A DNA stretch of 64,000 nt, taken from positions 636,956-700,955 of the forward strand of contig NMRA01000029.1 of assembly GCA_002633005.1 (NCBI GenBank), given 5' to 3'. Under the pieces are notes generated by a model that had not been told where the DNA came from, ran no database searches, and saw only the letters and a program-made list of their open reading frames with translations. This DNA comes from Phoronis australis (Eukaryota > Animalia > Phoronida). Below, in pieces: positions 1 to 12,100 of the stretch. How positions within the stretch are numbered: the stretch's first letter is position 1; each line of letters opens with the position of its first letter. The position numbers and the translations under genes are program-made.

Positions 1-147
1 CCACAGTGGTTGGTCGGGGGTACGACAGAGTGGGCCCTCTGTCGCATGTCCCCAGTCCTCACAGACGTATATTTTGGATTTTGAACAAGAGACGGAGGAC
101 TGTCTACAGCTCGATGTTTATGTTCCTTATGGTGTGAAACACTTAAG
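1..147 (+). CDS. Esterase domain 1 exon (HSGWSGVRQ...CPQ...[13 protein letters not shown]), truncated by window edge
   Basis: Frame from nt 2; carboxylesterase type-B signature EDCLxLDVY; donor gtaaag at 148; near-identical to 17358-17503. Confidence 0.9.
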
Positions 148-3100
148 GTAAAGTGTAAACTAACATTTATTTTGTTTCTTGTCACGCAACAAACCCTTAG
201 ATGAAGACTAAACTCAAAAACATGTTTTGCACTCACTTGTGGCAAAAGAAATATTTTTTGCCATTATAATAGCAAATTGTTTTTGCATCAAAAATGAGTG
301 TGCCCAAACCATGAATTGTGGAAAAATTTGACCAATTTATTGACTTGCCTAACCCTCTCTGAAGAGTGCGGGAAGGGCGAGGGAAGCTTCTTGCGTGTAG
401 TTTAGCGTCCATTGGTCACAAAGTTGATGTCCCATGGGATATTAATCCCTAAAACTGCCTTGAGGTGACGATGTGGTGTCATCATTTCTAAAATGTACTG
501 GTCTTTTTATACCAGCCTCTAAAAGAGTGTCATAACTAATCAAGTTGTAATCGATTTGTGATGTACGGGTGGCCGATTTCAATATCAATACACTAAGGCC
601 CATTTCTATTTGATTCTTTATTTTCAATTTCTCCCATTAGGTGTCTTGCAAAGTTATGGCTTGTTTGCATCTTTTGAAGAGTGTTAATTAGATGTTGAAC
701 AAATAAACAGCTTAGTTTTGTTCGTTATTTGGAATCTTATCATATGAAGAATATTTATTTTGGCAAGCTTAAAATCAATGAAGTGGGAAATTAACCAGTG
801 CGTAATATTTGAGAAAAGATTGAATTAATTAGACACACAAGAACTGAATCAAAAACAATTAACAGTACTCCTAGCAAGAATCTATGAAATGTGTATTGTC
901 CCAACCCTACAAAGTGCTGTAGGTTAGATTTTGATGTAAAGACAAAAGTTACTTTAATTTAGAACTAACCTTGCCATGATAGTTGGGTTCATGCTCAAGT
1001 TGTGTGTATGGTCATTACATCGAGAGACAACATGAGGAATAGCCCTAATGAATGTCTTTCTGCTAGCATTTATTGACATGTTTAACATTCAACTTGACTG
1101 TTTTTTACATTTTGTTCGTTTGAATGCTTTCTTTATGTCTGTTTTTTTGAGATCATGATGTTTTCCAGGCATGGGAAGCTCCCTGTAATGGTGTTCATCC
1201 ACGGTGGTGCTTACACTGCTGGGTCTAAGACACTTTATAGTGGCGTGAATTTGATTCAGTACGATGTTGTGTATGTGGCTATTAACTACCGACTTGGAGT
1301 TCTGGGATTTTTGTCATCAGGTGGGTTTTGCTTGTTTTATTGTGACTTTGTTTATTAAACTGGAAGGCAACCTTTTTTCATGTCATTTTAGCAAAAATAA
1401 GGTTCGTTGATTATCTTAGACGTATTTTTCACTTAATTTTAGCTTTTCGCAATTTTATTAATAATTTGTCCTCTACTCCGGAAGTGATGTTTTGGGAGGC
1501 AAGAATTTCGCGACAATTTCTTTTCATATAGTCCGACTGTGAGAGCTGTCGAATCAGTCATTGTTCTACCTCGGTTGTGATAAGTTCAGTCGTCGTTTTC
1601 TTTTGTTTACGAGTCAGTCAACATGCCACACTATTGCTGCGTACCAGGATGTACTCATTATCGCCCAGAGCCTGTAAGCAGCCCTGTTGCGATGTTGAGT
1701 GGGAGTGAATACAGGCCCAGTTAGACACCGAGTTCGTTCTCCAATGAATAGATCGGTGAGCCAAACACTGATAAGTTTATTGTGGACTTGTCTAAAGTAT
1801 TGGACCTATTTAGAAGGTGCCAGGTGTATGGCGAGGGAGTCACACGGCGGGATGTTAGCACGTTGTGGGCTCAGGTAATCATCCACTGGGAGTGTGCCGT
1901 GGGACACTCGGGCAAGTGGGACAGTTGTTCCTCTGTCCATTAGACAATAATGAGTACATCCTGGCACACATCAACAATGTGACATGTTGACAGACTTGTA
2001 AACAAAAGCAAACAACGGCCGAACTTATAACAACCGAGGTAGAGCGATGACTGACTCGGCAGCTCTCACAGTCGGTCTATATGAAAAGAAATTGGCGCGA
2101 AATTCTTGCATCCCAAATGTCACTTCCGTAGTAGCAGACATTTAATTGTTTAAATTACAAAAAGCTGTAATGAATTGAAAAATATGTCTGGGATAATCAA
2201 CGAACCTTATCTTTGATAAACGTGACATGAAAAAAGGTTGCATTCGTCTTTAAAAAATGATATAATTATCGATTGATGTCACTAACACTTTAGATAACGT
2301 TTGAGAACAACATGTTTGGGTAAATGGAGATGAAAATACAATAATGATAATAAGTTCTTGAATTTCAACATTATAATATATTGCTGTGAGGCACAGCCTG
2401 TCAAAATTTGTACAACTAGACATGCTGTGTCTCCTGGAAGGGTTTTAAACTAAGTAATAAGTGTTGTTCCCCTTAGAGGGATATGTTTTGACATGAGTAG
2501 ATTACAGGGATGTTGGTCATGCTCTCAGCAGTAGGTCCATACCAACGGTCGGCATTACTTTTGTTAGGTGACAGCGTTGCCCCGGGAAACTATGGTTTAA
2601 TGGATCAGCAGCTAGCTATAAAGTGGGTCAAGGAGAATATTGCCAAATTTGGCGGTGACCCTGATGAGATCACCATATTTGGACAGTCAGCGGGTGCAGG
2701 TAGTGTGTCTGCACAGGTTCTGTCACCATCAAGCAAGGGACTCTTCAAGGTGAGCAGAAATTCCTGTCCAATTTGGCAAATAGGTTTGAAAGATGACGAC
2801 ACCTTCCCATTCTTGGATAAGTTCAATGTTTTAACACCCTTAAAAGCACAGCATGTGCGGTGCAGTTATGGGCGCATTTCAATGTTCCATGTTGTTCTTG
2901 TTTTCACATAATGGGAGAACTTGTGATTTGAAGGTCAGCTTTTTTTTCTTACACTAAAATCTCACCCATTTAGGACACAATGCGGCGGACAATCAAAATT
3001 TTATTTCTTCATTCTTTTCATGGCAGAAAAGTAGTCCCATTCTAATGTTTTAACGTTTCAAAACTCTTCGCCATACCTACATGCGTTGAGTGGGCATTTG

Positions 3101-6100
3101 CAACAATGTTAGAAGGGTTTGAGACTAACTGTGTTGGTCAGGAAAAGGGTGGACACATTGATTGTTATCAATTGAAGTAGTGTTAACCGATATTTGCTCA
3201 AAATTTGTTTCTTATTCAATGCTAACTTGTTATTGGTTGTGCTCCCATGTTCATTGTCATGTGTTTAACCGTGACAAATTGATCACTGACGTATTATTGG
3301 AAAACAAAAAAGTGTTATTTGGCTTGAAGTTCCAAGGTCGTGATAAACACGAGGAGTGGCTAAGGGTACAGATGAAAGATGATATCCACAATTTATGAAA
3401 GCTTGCCAAATCCTCCCATGGGATTTTGTTGAAAATCTTTTTGAATCCTTTTCTTTTAAGATTATGTTGCATCCCCTAGCTGTTATAGAAATCTGTTCGA
3501 ATAAATCGTGAAAATTATTTTCAAAATCTGTAACTAAACTGACTACCTGTAGGAGATTATTGGAGAAATAGTTCATGATTGCCAACCGTGGTGGTCATGG
3601 TGCCTCTGAAATTTGAAGTCAAATAAGTTGACATGTACATACTAGTTTCATAAATGCCATTTTGCCAAATCAAATAGACTGTAATTTTTTTATTTGATTT
3701 TGGAGTATGTTACATCACTGTTTAACGACTTGTGAACAATCCCTATGTTGAATGTTAAAATGTAAACTTTTCTGTTCCAGAGAGCTATTGCCCAGAGTGG
3801 ATCCATTTTCTCCCCATGGAGTTGGGTAGATCAACCAAGAACTGTGTTTGATCGTTTTGCCGGTTTGAAAAACTGCTCAAAGGACATGACGAGAGCTACC
3901 CTTGAATGTCTACGCAACATTGATGCCATCGCGCTGAATTCCTTGGAGGCGATTCCCGCAGACTTACAAAGGCAGCAGCTACTTATGACACCTGTTGCAG
4001 ATGGTCGATTCTTTCCCGCTTCCCGATCACAGCTCCTCAGGGACTCTGCCTCAACGGATATCACTTTCATGACGGGACACAATTTTGCCGATGGTTACGT
4101 CCTCGGCATTGGACCCCAATACTTCATGGGGGCGTCACTGTTGCTTTCGAATCCCGCTGCCAGGACTGCATTCGAGTTCCAATACGCAGACTTGCTAGAG
4201 ATGCAGAATAGAACAACTCTCCATTACCAGAAAGAGGTCACAAACGCTATGACAGATTTCATGTTTTCAGCGCCTATAGATAAAGAGTCTCTCCTGCGTG
4301 TCAAGTGGGTGTTATTTCATTATTTTGTCAAAATCTACATGAAACTTGTGCTTGGCTGTCAAATTTTATGTGGTTCATTGGCTATCTACAGATGCAAAAC
4401 TAGAAATTTTATGTTAGGGTGCTGTCAAACGCAATTCGCCCAACATTTTTCAATGTCTCCCAAAAAGCCTTTGGAAGTCAAGTTGAGTGAGACAAGGTCG
4501 AATCTCGAAACTCAGACTTTGCAGAGATTCAAGCTTTATTCAGACTCGGACTTTAAAATTAACCAACAACGCAGCATTGGTTGACTGCAAATTTTAGGAT
4601 TTACTCAAAGCTTGTCATACAAAAGTTTGAGTTTAGTGCTGTAGAACAGAGCTTAGTCAGCCGGCCCTCAAGTCATAGCTTAGTCAGCCGGCCCTCAAGT
4701 CATTGAAAATTTTAATTCCTTATTAAGCTATATTTTTAACTTCAAGTGCTTTCATTTGAGGTGTTAAGTACGAAGTATCGGCAATACATTTGATCTGTGA
4801 CGAAATTAATCAAACTTGCCTAGAGTGTAAAAAATTATTGCAGACGAGCACTGGCCTCACAGGTGGGCCCATTGCACTGATCATCTCTAACATTTTAAAT
4901 GCTTCTTTTATCAATAGTTTATACTCAGCCAAGGAGCTTGAAACCTGACTCAAGGTCTGGCAGACGAGTACCCAATTAGTAGGACTCGAACCCACGACCT
5001 TGAGTAGAGAAGACGGATAGTCATACCACTAGGACAGTCATAGTGGCTCCTGTCTAAAACGAATTTTTTTCATTGATATCAAATGAATTTTAAACTTGCG
5101 TTACCTCCCTGAAAAATTATCATAATATAATCCTAGTGAGTATTGTGTTCTGAGACTGAAACACTCCGACGGTGATGGTCACAAGTTTGTGCATTGTTTG
5201 TCTTCTTTTATCCCTCTTGCTCAGAACATCTCCTTAAAATGTCCCTGCAAGAAAAAATGACAACAGAATAATAATTAGTATTCAGATTAGCATGCAATTA
5301 TGGGTAGAGCAAGTTCATCACAAACGAACTCTACATGACATGACGTTTTTGCACATTTTTTTCAAATTTCGATATTCTTATTTGAAAGACACTCTTTGCC
5401 CAATTTTTTTTCATGTCCAAGTTTTTGTCAGCAGTTGAGCTGACGAATGAGAGTTGAGACAGGTCACCAGGCCCCTAATGTTGATCATATTACGGGGATT
5501 AATGTTCCCTGGAAGTCATGAACAAGTGAAGTACCCTGGTGGCCTTCAGTGTATTGACACATCACTCTCAGTTAATGAACTGATAAGCCAAACATATTCT
5601 AAAAGTAAGATTGCAAATATGTGTCAACCAGGGCTCACGTTGGTTAGTAGATATTTTGATATGATTCAAAATGAAATACAAAAATCAGCTTGAAAGTAGT
5701 AAGCCAGATTATTATTTTAGTTCACTCCAGTGACGGATTTGTAGGATTTACTCGGGAGGCACAACCAAAAAAAAAAACGCTGACGGTGCAACAAGATAGT
5801 GCCACTGGTTCAGTAGACCCATCATTAATTTATAACCCAATCTCTGCTTGTCTCAAGCGTTATTACGTGCTCCACTGCTATTCTTTGTAGGTATGGTGGT
5901 AAAACCTATCGATATTTCTATGAACATCCGAGCAAAGGCAAGCCTGATTTTGTCCGAGGAGATCATGGTGGCGAACTGGATTTCTTATTTGGCTGGAGTC
6001 CTGCCAACTACACTAGAGATGACTTACGAATCACCCACATTATAAGTAGACTGTGGACCAACTTTGCAACTACGGGGTGAGTACAGAGTGGGTAATCGGC

Positions 6101-9100
6101 TGAATTGGGTGTTGATAAGGGAATTATAACTGCCCATTTGTTGTAGTGCCCCCATAATCACATATTTTTTCCACCAGAGTTTACTAAACTCAGGTTTATT
6201 TCATTGGAAACGAAAGGGTAGTATTGTAGTGCATTGTCTGTGGATGATACGGTTAAAAAAATGTTGCAGGTGGTCTGGTACGCGTTGTGCCAGACATGCG
6301 CAGGCCACTCATCTGGGCCTATTGCACTGATCACCTGGAACCAATAACTGCAGGCAGTCTTGTACAGGCTGTAACAGACGTGCGCAGGCAAGGCTTGTTG
6401 GCTCATTGCAGTGTTTACCTGGAACCATTTTTGTGTGTATTGTCCTCATCTCTGTCTGTGTGTCTGGCATCCGCAGCATGTATTTCCTGAACCCCTTACA
6501 GGATCTTGATGAGATGTGGTTGATATGTTTCTATAGAGCTGACATCAGATGACGACCAATTTTGGTTGGATATGACTTCCGGTGTGCTCCCCAGGTCCTC
6601 AATGGATTTTCATGAAATTTGGAGCTTAAGCATCAATTAGTAAGATGATGATTGAAAAGAGGTTTTTCACGGTCTTAGTGAAGGTATGTTTCTAAGTAAA
6701 ATCAACTTATTCGTAGACCGTGGAATTGGAGGTTCGAACGTTTCAAACTGTGCTCCACAGTTCTTTTTCAACGACTATTTGGGGGGCGTCCTGGTTTCCG
6801 GTCCTTCTGTCGCCCGGAAGTGGTATAGTATAGTAGATCAACGGGAGTTACAGACCTTGGTCTTGGTTCAAAACCAAAAAGCCTTCCATGAACCGAGACC
6901 AAGGTTTGCAACTCCCTCCACTCTACGATACTATACTACTTCTGGGTAACAGAAGGACCGGAAACCAGGACGCCTCCTTACTAGTCGTCGAAAAAGAACT
7001 GTGGAGCACAGTTCGAAACGTTCGAACCTCCAATTCCGCGGTCTACGAGTAAGTTGATTTTATTTGCAAACATAGTGAGATGATGCTATCATCCTGTTTT
7101 TGAACAGATTCAAGGTGTTTTGCCCTACCTAGTGGCCATTTTTACTGTTTCAAGTCTCTGTTTTTTTCTAGTAAAATTCGCATCATGGAAAGTTTTTAAA
7201 CTTTGTTTTTTAAAACATCTCACAAAGGGAAAAACTGTATTCGTTTCGGAGACCGACCACCATAGATTACAATAAATGCGTTCCCTGAAACAAATTTTTC
7301 TAAGTGCCCGGCGCTTATGTTGGAGAATACGGTATATACCAAATGCAGAATGAAGACACGTGACTCAGCGACATAAACAGACTGTGTATTAACATTGCCT
7401 GCAGTGGGTGATTACAGTCTTACAAAGTCTCGAAATAGTTGCACTCAATAGTGCTACGTCAAATGAGGCAAAAAATTCAGCCATGAGTGAATTTAGCCAT
7501 CCTTTGGCACATAGGTAGTATTGGTGAATAAAAGAGAAGTCAGACTTGTGGGTAAAATTCTCTTTAGAATGGACAGTGTATTAACTGGATGAACTTTAAA
7601 CTTATCAATTAAAGATCTGATGTATTTGCGTGCTTTTAACTATGCTAATGACTTGTCTATAGCAGGAAATAAACGACAACGCTATTTGAACATCATCTAA
7701 ACAAAGTGCAGTAAAGTTGTATTCAATGACAACTTGTCAATGTGAAAACAAAAAATTCTGCAAATAGGTAACCTTTGGACTATTGACGTACCTTGGGGGC
7801 TCAAATAACCCGCATCATGCAGTATTATTCCCCAACACCACGTCACAATACTTACCAGACACGGTTCAGTGATTTATGGCGGATCATTTTCAACACAAAA
7901 CTCGTTCTTTAAAACTTTTGGCAATGTCCAACCTACTATATATTTACATTGTCACTATATGTTGTGTTTCTAACTAATTTGTCCAAGCAAACACAGAGAT
8001 AAGAAATTAGTGTGCACTGCATGTTCCACTTTAGTGTTTTTCATTACATTTCCCATGTTTTGGAATATAAACCTGTTAGAATTAGGTTTTTCTTAATTCC
8101 ACAATTAACCACATTTTGAGATTTAAAATTTCTAAGTTTTTTGAGGAGTTTTCGTTACTCAAGTTTAAATTGATTTTTGTATTTAAAAAGATGAAGATGA
8201 GAAGGAAGATTTTGGGTCAGGAAGTCTACCTTAATCTTTGTAGGGACCCTAACAAGGGAGTTCCTCTTCATAACTTCGAATGGCCTCCGTATACCGCAAA
8301 AGAACCAATCCTGCTTCACCTGACGTCTGACCTTGGGCAACCAGGGGTCAAATCAAATTTGTCTCTTGAGGTGGATGGCAAATTGCTTCGATCAGATGAC
8401 ATAAATTTTATGAATGAGTTGCTGCCAAACCTAGAAGCATCTAAGCCACGTCCGTGTTCTACCATAGCTCCCCCTGTTGACACAGATCCGCCAAAGGTTA
8501 CACTGGCTCAGGGAGAGCTTCTTGGCCACCGGCTGAAGTCTGAATGTAGGTGAAATTTGATACATTGTATTAAAAATCTGTGAAATGTAATCTAGATTGT
8601 TCTGTACATAGGTTTTGATGATAGATTTTGAGTTATACTATAGCTTATGATAGTAAATTTGATTTGCTCACAGGTTTCCCTATGAGTTGTACAAGAAGGT
8701 CCCATATGCTGGAAATCTACGGTGGAGGTTGTCAAAACCACACCCTGGATGGAGGGGGGGGGCAAGGCTAGTACAGAATGTGTCTTCGGTCTGTCCCAGT
8801 CGTCTATTATTTAATAATTGATTGCGAATTAAGTAACTAACCTTGAATTCCTGTGTTATGCAGATGATATGTTTCCGTACGAGCTGTATAATGAGATTCC
8901 CTACGCTGAACCCCCTGTGGGAGACCTTCGGTGGAGAGCACCAAAACCTCACCCTGGGTGGAAGGGGGTAAGGCCTGTACAGAACGTGGCTTCAGCCTGC
9001 CCTAACCAATACCCTGTGTTTGGAAATGTAACGGAAAAGGAGGACTGCCTGTATCTGGATGTCTATGTTCCTTATGGTGTACAAAAGTTGGGGTAAGAAC

Positions 9101-12100
9101 TTACCATTACCATCAGGGTAGGAAGTGAACACTACCGTATAAATGGTACATTAATTAGGTTACAAAGAACTTACCTTTGCCATTAGGGTAGGAAGTGAAC
9201 ACTATAATATAAATGATACATCAGGTAAGAACTTACCATAACTATCATGATAGGAAATGCACACGTATGATATAAATGGTACATTAATTAGAGTACAAAG
9301 AACTTACCATTACCATCAGGATAGGAAATGAACACTACAATATAAATGGTACATTGTGGTAAGAGCTGAACACTACCATCCATCATGGTGTTGCGATGTA
9401 TTAACCAAGTGGAGTAGGCCATGCACTTGTCATAAGACAATAAAACAAACTATGTTATAGACGTTCATCCAGATGGTTTTGTTAAAATATTAGTTTCTCT
9501 TCTAGCCCTGTGATTGGCTATCATGTCATATAATTTGGGTCATCGAAATTTACTTTTGGTCATTCTTTTATCTACTTTGTTTTATCAATTTGTTAATAAA
9601 CTAAGATTATTTTCAAAATTAAACTTTTTGATAATTTGGCCTTTGCAATCATTATAATGAAAAACCAAAACATTATTTAAAAATGTGCCATTGCATAACC
9701 TGCATTGTTTACAATTTACCCAGGCAGTACTCTCATGGAAGTAATGGTGGTGTGTCACTCGGATGGGTGACTTTTTCACGACTAGCTTCCTTATGAAAAT
9801 GTGGTTTTGGGACTATATTTGCAACGAAAGGATTCACTTTTTTGGATTACATTGTCACTGTACAAATGAGTCCATTTTTGTAGCAGATTTCTCTCGGTTT
9901 TATATTTTACAATGGTTTGTTGTATTAAAAGAAATATACTGCAACGGGGTGTTCTGTTCAAATTTAATTCAATAAATGAGCGTTTTGTAGAGTTTAAAAC
10001 TACTACAAAAAATTATGATATGGGGACATGCCGACTAGCTCGCTAAAAGGGTGGGTACATTTCCTAATTTCTTAACAGCACACCCTGTCAAGAATTTTGA
10101 CGAGTACCCTTTGAATAATTTATGTCTCTGTTTTCAGTTCACGTCGCCTACCTGTCATGGTTTTCATACATGGTGGAGGATTTATGAATCGTCACAAAAA
10201 CATGTTTGATGGCAGTGTCCTCATTACTCAAGACATCATCTATGCCGTTATGAATTATCGCTTGGGACCTCTTGGATTCCTCTCTACAGGTTAGTGTCTT
10301 TATCAAGTACTACAAACTGTTAATGGTGAGAACAATAAAAAGTTGCTGTAAAAATGAAATCAAAGCAGAAGTCTTCTTTTCACAGTCCAATATATTTTAC
10401 AAAACAGTAATATTACATTAACATTAAAGATGTATTTGCATGCTGATAACTATGCTAATGTATAGCAGGAACTAAACGACAATGTTATCTTAACATCGTC
10501 TATACTAAACAAAGTGCAGTTGTATTTCATTAACAGCTTGTAAGTGTGACAACGAAAAATGCTGCAAATAGGTGACCTTTGCACTAATTGCACACCTTTC
10601 GGTTTAGCTAAATTCTGCTGAAAACATGGTCACGATACCTAGTTAACGGAAGATTTGGTAAAACCTCAAAAATGAAACGCCGTGCTTTTTGCTTTACTTC
10701 TACCGAGTTAAAGTGTACAGTTCTGTAGATATTTGCGTAAAACATGGACTGGCTTGTCAATAAGGTCCTAGATAAACTTAACGACAGATTGTTAGAAAGC
10801 CACAAAAGTTTATCAAATTCTACACTCGGGTTTCTCACTTTGCTCTAGCATGTTTTTCATTAAGCAAAACTTTAATGACACAGCACTTGTCTCTGTACTG
10901 CGTCATTTTATTTCTCATTTTATTTCTTCTTGATAATGAAACAAGGCGTTTCGAAATACCATTCATCTTTTAATCGTTTACGTTATGCTCTGTTGAATGT
11001 CGAACTTTGTTTCAAAGATACGATCAAAATGGAATCAAGATACAACAACAACTGTACAACAACAACAAGACTGTCTTATAATTGTTGTGTCTTTAACAAG
11101 TTTACCACTTTCAGAAAAGATGTACTCTTACCGAGTTAAAATCTACAGTTTTTGTAGATTTTTGGGCTAAATGTGCAGACTTGTCGAGTATGTCCTACAT
11201 AGCTTTAAATCTTAAAATGGTAGTATAGCCAGCTACCTCCCTGCAATGACTGGACTTCATTTTCACTGCAGTCTTGCACCTAGATTATGGGAAGTGTTAC
11301 TACTAATAGATATCTAGAATTTTTACCTTCCTACAAACCTCTTCATTCATGTTTTCACCAACAGGGGACAGCACCTTACCAGGGAACTATGGTGTTCTGG
11401 ATCAACAACTGGCGCTTGGTTGGGTGAAGGTGAACATTGAAAAGTTTGGAGGGAATCCTGAAAAGATCACAATATTTGGGGTTTCTGCAGGCGGTATTAG
11501 TGTGACTTCCCACATGGTATCACCATTGAGCAAAGGTCTATTCAATGTAAGTCAGACTGATGCTTTAATGTTTTGTAGGAAAAATCATAAAATAGTCATG
11601 GCTTCACTTAACTTAACTATCAGAAGTTTGTGCTATGAAGGTTTTAGTAGCGCTTAAAAGAATTTATTAATGTTTTTACAAAAATTGAAGTTGTTTTATT
11701 TTAAAGCAAATGAGGGGATTTTTTCTTAATTAATAAATTGCAAATTGATTGTGTTTGAAATTATGGACATTTTCTGAAACAGTGTTATGATGTTGGTGAC
11801 AGTTTGAGCAGCAAGGTGGAAAAAGGGGGTTCAAAAGTCAATGATTAAACTGCATTACATCAACCCCTTGTGTGTTTGTAAAATGTTTGTTGTAACTGAA
11901 GTTCAATTTGTATATAGCACAGTTGGCTTGAGAGTGGAATGTTCCAGGCGAGTGTAAGCTAAGTCTTGAAAATTATTGTGTTTAACAAGTGAATCAATAT
12001 TTGTGCTCTTACAGCGAGTTATTTCCCAAAGCGGCTCCATACTTGCCCAGTATGCCGTCTCCGACAAATCAGATGCCCAGAGAACATTCCGAGCAGTTTT

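Noticed and set aside
5440-5555. Conserved block shared with 21900-22025 as an extra exon
   Set aside because: No esterase similarity, stops in most frames, not needed for the gene model; explained by the segmental duplication.
5848-6045. ORF-track peptides at 5848 and 22367 ([13 protein letters not shown]...)
   Set aside because: Wrong frame of the His-containing esterase exons.
9721-9770. Possible decayed copy of the VMVFIHGG exon
   Set aside because: Similarity ([10 protein letters not shown]) is too short to distinguish from chance.
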